This document shows positions 60,160-64,000 of a DNA stretch of 64,000 nucleotides, piece after piece. Made by a program: the position numbers and the translations under genes. Source of the DNA: Promethearchaeia archaeon (GTDB lineage Archaea; Asgardarchaeota; Lokiarchaeia; Sigyniarchaeales; SOKP01); the NCBI GenBank assembly GCA_029856105.1, contig JAHQWH010000224.1, positions 14,463-78,462 on the forward strand. The letters run 5' to 3'. Position 1 is the first letter of the stretch, and every line of letters starts with the position of its first letter. The notes under the pieces are model-generated. The model was not told the DNA's origin, ran no database searches, and saw only the letters and a program-made list of their open reading frames with translations.

Positions 60160-61140
60160 ATGTCGTCCCTTGTGCAAGGTATTCGCGAAAATATGATGAA
60201 AATTTTAAAGCTCGAGGAAGAAAAAACCGATTTAGAGAATTTAGCTGTTTTATCTAGAGTTGGTATGAAAATAGCTTCTTCTACGTCTTATGAACTTGAT
60301 GCAGACGCAACTTCCGCCTCGAGTACCGCATTGATAGATTTGGGATTGAGGTTAAGTGAAGCAACAGCTCATGGTGCTTTAACAGAAATTATTCTTCATA
60401 ATACATCTGGGTATAGTATTATTTTAGCAATTAACGACGAATATCTTGTATTTGGTGGTTTAAAAAATGTATACCGAATAGGTTATTACCTTGGTTATTT
60501 ACGTGAATTAGCACTAAAGTTGAATATATTAATCTCAGGAGAAGAAATAACTGAAATGACTCTTTCTTTAGAGGAATCCGAAAGAGCTAAACTAAGAGAA
60601 GAGCAAGAAAAAGAGGAAGTAGTTGAAATACTAAAACCTAGTGTCGAAGAAGATAAGGCAGCATTAAACGGCTTATTAGGGTTTTTAGACGATTGGGAGA
60701 AAGACGGAATCGATACCGGGGACATCGAAGCTACAAACGAAAATAACATTGTTTCAATCCCATCATCTCTTGGCTTAGAATATGAAAGGCAATTAGAACA
60801 CGAAGCCGAGGGTATGGAAACTCGTGCGCCGATCTCTCCAACAACTCAAAGCATTGAACCACAATTTAAAGTTTATGACGATGAAATTGCCCCAGTACCC
60901 CTTGAAGATTATACTCCGATGGAAATAGAAGAGGATCCCAGTTATCAAGAGCCTCAAATCGTACAGGAACAGCCTTTACAGGAGGGGTTGCTTTCACTCG
61001 AAGATCTTCCTCCACCCGATTTTAATACTGAATTTGTAGAAGGTGCTTCAGAGTATGAAACTGAATTTGTGTTAGATAAAGAGTCAGCAACCTTTGAAAA
61101 TGTTTTAAAAGACCTCGGATGGGACGAAGAAGAAGATTAA
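60160..61140 (+). CDS. Roadblock-domain protein with long acidic C-terminal tail
   Basis: LAVLSRVGMKIASS...SASSTALIDLGLRLSEAT.HGALTEIILHN..GYSIILAI; E/D-rich tail. Confidence 0.8.
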   Translation: MSSLVQGIRENMMKILKLEEEKTDLENLAVLSRVGMKIASSTSYELDADATSASSTALIDLGLRLSEATAHGALTEIILHNTSGYSIILAINDEYLVFGGLKNVYRIGYYLGYLRELALKLNILISGEEITEMTLSLEESERAKLREEQEKEEVVEILKPSVEEDKAALNGLLGFLDDWEKDGIDTGDIEATNENNIVSIPSSLGLEYERQLEHEAEGMETRAPISPTTQSIEPQFKVYDDEIAPVPLEDYTPMEIEEDPSYQEPQIVQEQPLQEGLLSLEDLPPPDFNTEFVEGASEYETEFVLDKESATFENVLKDLGWDEEED

Positions 61141-61303
61141 TTAATTTGAAAATCTATTCATGTATCAAAAGAATCCCACTTTTTCTTAATAATGATTTTT
61201 CTTCAGTAAAATTGATAATAAAGATTAAATACATTATTATCTAATCTATAAATATTATAAATTTAATAATAAAAGCAAATTAAGAAATAACATGTGAATC
61301 GTT

Positions 61304-62650
61304 ATGAGCGATACAGAATTAGAAAGAACTGAAACTACAAAGGGAAAGAGAATTTTATTCGGATTTCCAAGGTTAGGTACGTCATTAGTATTAGGAATCG
61401 AAGGATTTGCTCTATTTACCCTCTATTACCTAGGATATGGTTTGGATTCCGTTTTAGTAGGGTTTGCTTTAGCAATGGGTTATTTAAGTATTGCTGCAGG
61501 ACAATTTTTATTAGGCTGGATTAGTGACGCTAAATATACTAAACTGGGGAGAAGAAAGCCATACTTGGTAATATTTGGCCCTTTATTGGGGATCTCATTT
61601 ATATTTCTGTTGTTACCAGCATTAGTTTTGCCAGATATGACCGATAAAAATAGTTTATTTATATGGTTATTAATTTGGGATGTAATTTTTAGATTTAGCT
61701 ATGCTGTAACAACGCCTTATCAAGCTTGGATGGCAGAAGTGTTTCCTACTTCTGAGCGCCCAAAAGTGTCTCAAACCCAAAACACCTTTAATTTTATAGG
61801 AAATGGGTTAATGGCACTCATCACCTTACTTGTTTTAACAGGTGTATTTGAAAAGGTAGCAGCTAATCCTAATGTTATTCCTCTTGAATTTCTATTGATC
61901 GTACTCATATTTGGCCTTATTTCTTCAATACTTTTTATTCTAATTGTATTTAAAATGCCAACAGAACCAGATCATAAAATAGAATCTAGTCTATGGGAAA
62001 ACTTAAAAACTACAGTTAAAAATAAAAATTTTATGATAATTGTTCTCATGCAAGGAATTTCAGGCTTTGGATGGTCAATAATAAGTACAGTGATGTTGAC
62101 TTATACTGAAGACGTTTTAGCATTAGGGACCACAGAATATCTCATTGTCGCAGTTATATTTCTTCTAAGTATCTTTGTATTTTTATACTTATGGAGAAAA
62201 CAGATAGAGAGAATAGGGAAAAAGAAAACACTTTTATATATCTTTTTAATTGCAGTAGTTTTTCTACCAATAACATTACTAGGTTTAGTTGGAGCAATTC
62301 CCAATTTAATACTTGGAGTATTCTTTATAACAGGAATTGGATTAATTTTAGGTGGGTGGTACCTATTTCCATATATTATGTATGCAGACATTGCCGAAGA
62401 TGACGAAAAATCTACTGGTGAATTAAAAGCAGGTGTTTATGTAGGTTTTCCGAGTATAATACTTAACTTATTCCAAGCAATTGGTGTTTTCTTGCTTGGC
62501 CTGATGTTAGGATTGCCAGAAGTTACAGTAGGAACCTCAACTTTTTCAATAGGCTTGGTCATTTGGGGTCCAATATGTTCTCTCATCTTACTGGTTTCTT
62601 ATTTCTACACAAGAAAATTTGTCGAACTAGATTTCGAATGGGAAAAATAA
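61304..62650 (+). CDS. MFS transporter, GPH (MelB-like) family
   Basis: GWISD...GRRKPY, PYQAWMAE, ADIAEDDEK.TGE.KAGVY; about 12 TM segments. Confidence 0.9.
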   Translation: MSDTELERTETTKGKRILFGFPRLGTSLVLGIEGFALFTLYYLGYGLDSVLVGFALAMGYLSIAAGQFLLGWISDAKYTKLGRRKPYLVIFGPLLGISFIFLLLPALVLPDMTDKNSLFIWLLIWDVIFRFSYAVTTPYQAWMAEVFPTSERPKVSQTQNTFNFIGNGLMALITLLVLTGVFEKVAANPNVIPLEFLLIVLIFGLISSILFILIVFKMPTEPDHKIESSLWENLKTTVKNKNFMIIVLMQGISGFGWSIISTVMLTYTEDVLALGTTEYLIVAVIFLLSIFVFLYLWRKQIERIGKKKTLLYIFLIAVVFLPITLLGLVGAIPNLILGVFFITGIGLILGGWYLFPYIMYADIAEDDEKSTGELKAGVYVGFPSIILNLFQAIGVFLLGLMLGLPEVTVGTSTFSIGLVIWGPICSLILLVSYFYTRKFVELDFEWEK

Positions 62651-62657
62651 AAATCAA

Positions 62658-62670
62658 TTTTTTTTTTTTT
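62658..62670 (+). terminator. Oligo-T archaeal terminator candidate
   Basis: 13-T run 7 nt after the MFS stop codon. Confidence 0.5.
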
Positions 62671-62724
62671 ATAAACTTAAAGATCATTAAAAACAAAAGT
62701 AATACCTAATTATTTTACTAGAGT

Positions 62725-64000
62725 ATGGATATTTTTGACAAAGTTTTAGAGATTTACCAAGAATATTACATTTGTCCACATTGTTTAGGTAGAATGTTCT
62801 CCTTGTTAGGGACTGATACAACCAATTACGATAGAGGTATATCTCTATTACTGGCAATTACTATGGAAAATCACAGAGCATATTTAGCCCGAGACGGAGA
62901 CCACGAAAGTGCTATCGTTAAGTTAAGAACGCTAGCAGAAAAAGCATTCTATACGCCCGCTCAAAGTGTTTTGAAGAAAGAAGGTTTTGAATATAACAAG
63001 GTTAGTTTACTTGAAAAATGTTATTTGTGTGAAGATCTTTTTGCCCATATCCATAAATATGCCAAAAAAGCAGAAGAAAAACTCCAAAATATTGAGTTCA
63101 AAAACCTTCTTGTAGGAACCGCCGTTAACTCTCAAATTGTCAACAGAGAAGATAACTTTAAAGCTCAATTCTCTTTACTGGATTCTGAGTCGTTTAAAAG
63201 TCATTTTAACCGAGAAGTTGGAAAATATCTATCAATAATTATTAGAAAACCCGTAGAATTTGCCAAGCCTGACATAACGGTTGTCTACTCGTTAAAACTT
63301 GACTCGTTTGAAATAAATTTGCTCATAAGATCAATTTTTATCTATGGACGATATAATAAGTTTCTTAGAGGGATTCCACAAACTCATTGGGACTGTAGGA
63401 CATGTAGAGGAAAAGGGTGTGAAGAGTGCAATTTTACTGGAAAGCAATATAAAACTAGTGTAGAAGAAATTATTAGTCCAGAGTTCGTTAAAGAAGCAAG
63501 AGCAGAAGGCTCAAAATTCCACGGAGCAGGAAGAGAAGACATTGATGTGAGGATGTTAGGGAAAGGTAGACCTTTCGTTTTAGAACTAATAAAACCCAAA
63601 ATCAGGTTTTTAGAGCTAGAGAGAATACAAAAAAAAATTAACAAAAGAAACAAAAGAAAAGTTGGAATTAACGAGTTAATGTATAGTAATAAAGAACAAG
63701 TTAAAGCTCTAAAGTTAGACGCTGAAAACACCAGAAAGATTTATAGGGCTTTGACTTACTCTAATGAGAAAGTAACAAAAGATAATTTTGGAAATTTATT
63801 AAAAAAGTTAAAAGATACGCTTGAAAACAAAAAAATACATCAAAGGACACCTGTTAGAGTGTCTCATCGTCGTGCCGATAAAATTAGAAATAAAAAAATC
63901 TATCTATTGGAAGGAAAATTCATTAAACCGGGCATATTTGAATTTCTTATCGAAACTCAGGGAGGAACTTACATTAAAGAACTCATAAGCGGCGACAATG
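62725..64000 (+). CDS. pus10: tRNA pseudouridine(54/55) synthase Pus10 (3'-partial; missing from the ORF track)
   Basis: MDIFDKVLEIY..YYICPHCLGR; GRYNKFLRGIPQTHW; FHGAGREDIDVRMLGKGRPFVLE; QRTPVRVSHRRAD; GGTYIKELISGD. Confidence 0.95.
   Translation, partial: MDIFDKVLEIYQEYYICPHCLGRMFSLLGTDTTNYDRGISLLLAITMENHRAYLARDGDHESAIVKLRTLAEKAFYTPAQSVLKKEGFEYNKVSLLEKCYLCEDLFAHIHKYAKKAEEKLQNIEFKNLLVGTAVNSQIVNREDNFKAQFSLLDSESFKSHFNREVGKYLSIIIRKPVEFAKPDITVVYSLKLDSFEINLLIRSIFIYGRYNKFLRGIPQTHWDCRTCRGKGCEECNFTGKQYKTSVEEIISPEFVKEARAEGSKFHGAGREDIDVRMLGKGRPFVLELIKPKIRFLELERIQKKINKRNKRKVGINELMYSNKEQVKALKLDAENTRKIYRALTYSNEKVTKDNFGNLLKKLKDTLENKKIHQRTPVRVSHRRADKIRNKKIYLLEGKFIKPGIFEFLIETQGGTYIKELISGDN

Noticed and set aside
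460-63731. Numerous 60-136 aa ORFs antisense to or nested in well-supported genes (e.g. 460-720, 7425-7793, 22109-22513, 37311-37721, 55607-55987, 63384-63731)
   Set aside because: Shadow ORFs of the real coding strand with no motifs; 63384-63731 is antisense to pus10
1-64000. tRNA, rRNA or CRISPR arrays
   Set aside because: No GC-rich structured segments or regularly spaced short repeats were seen in intergenic regions; a tRNAscan/Infernal run would be needed to exclude small ncRNAs

Overview
AT-rich archaeal chromosomal segment, almost certainly from Lokiarchaeia (Asgard archaea). The assignment rests on a Rag-like GTPase with a roadblock domain, a Rab-like GTPase, two more roadblock proteins, an ESCRT-III/Snf7 gene beside a steadiness-box protein, a presenilin homologue, L35Ae, Mch and Pus10. 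The core regions (1-10.6 kb and 27.6-64 kb) carry an MvhD/G/A-type NiFe hydrogenase, apt, gcvT/H/PA/PB, MTAP, and nucleic-acid, glycogen and peptide metabolism genes. A defence island of about 17 kb (10.6-27.6 kb) lies between the divergent mtnP and beta-CASP genes. It contains: a catalytically inactive short prokaryotic Argonaute translationally coupled to an HNH-APAZ effector; immediately downstream, a protein of four 98-aa HTH-like repeats fused to a PD-(D/E)XK nuclease; a type III R-M system; a type II R-M system with a wHTH regulator and 11-bp-period operator-like repeats; a membrane protein + HEPN + Zn-ribbon operon; and degraded remnants. Three genes (the Rag-like GTPase, mod and res) appear to require ATA start codons. 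The supplied ORF track mislabels the strand of the methyltransferase at 22949-24499, which is on +. All family assignments come from motif recognition by eye; no database searches were run.
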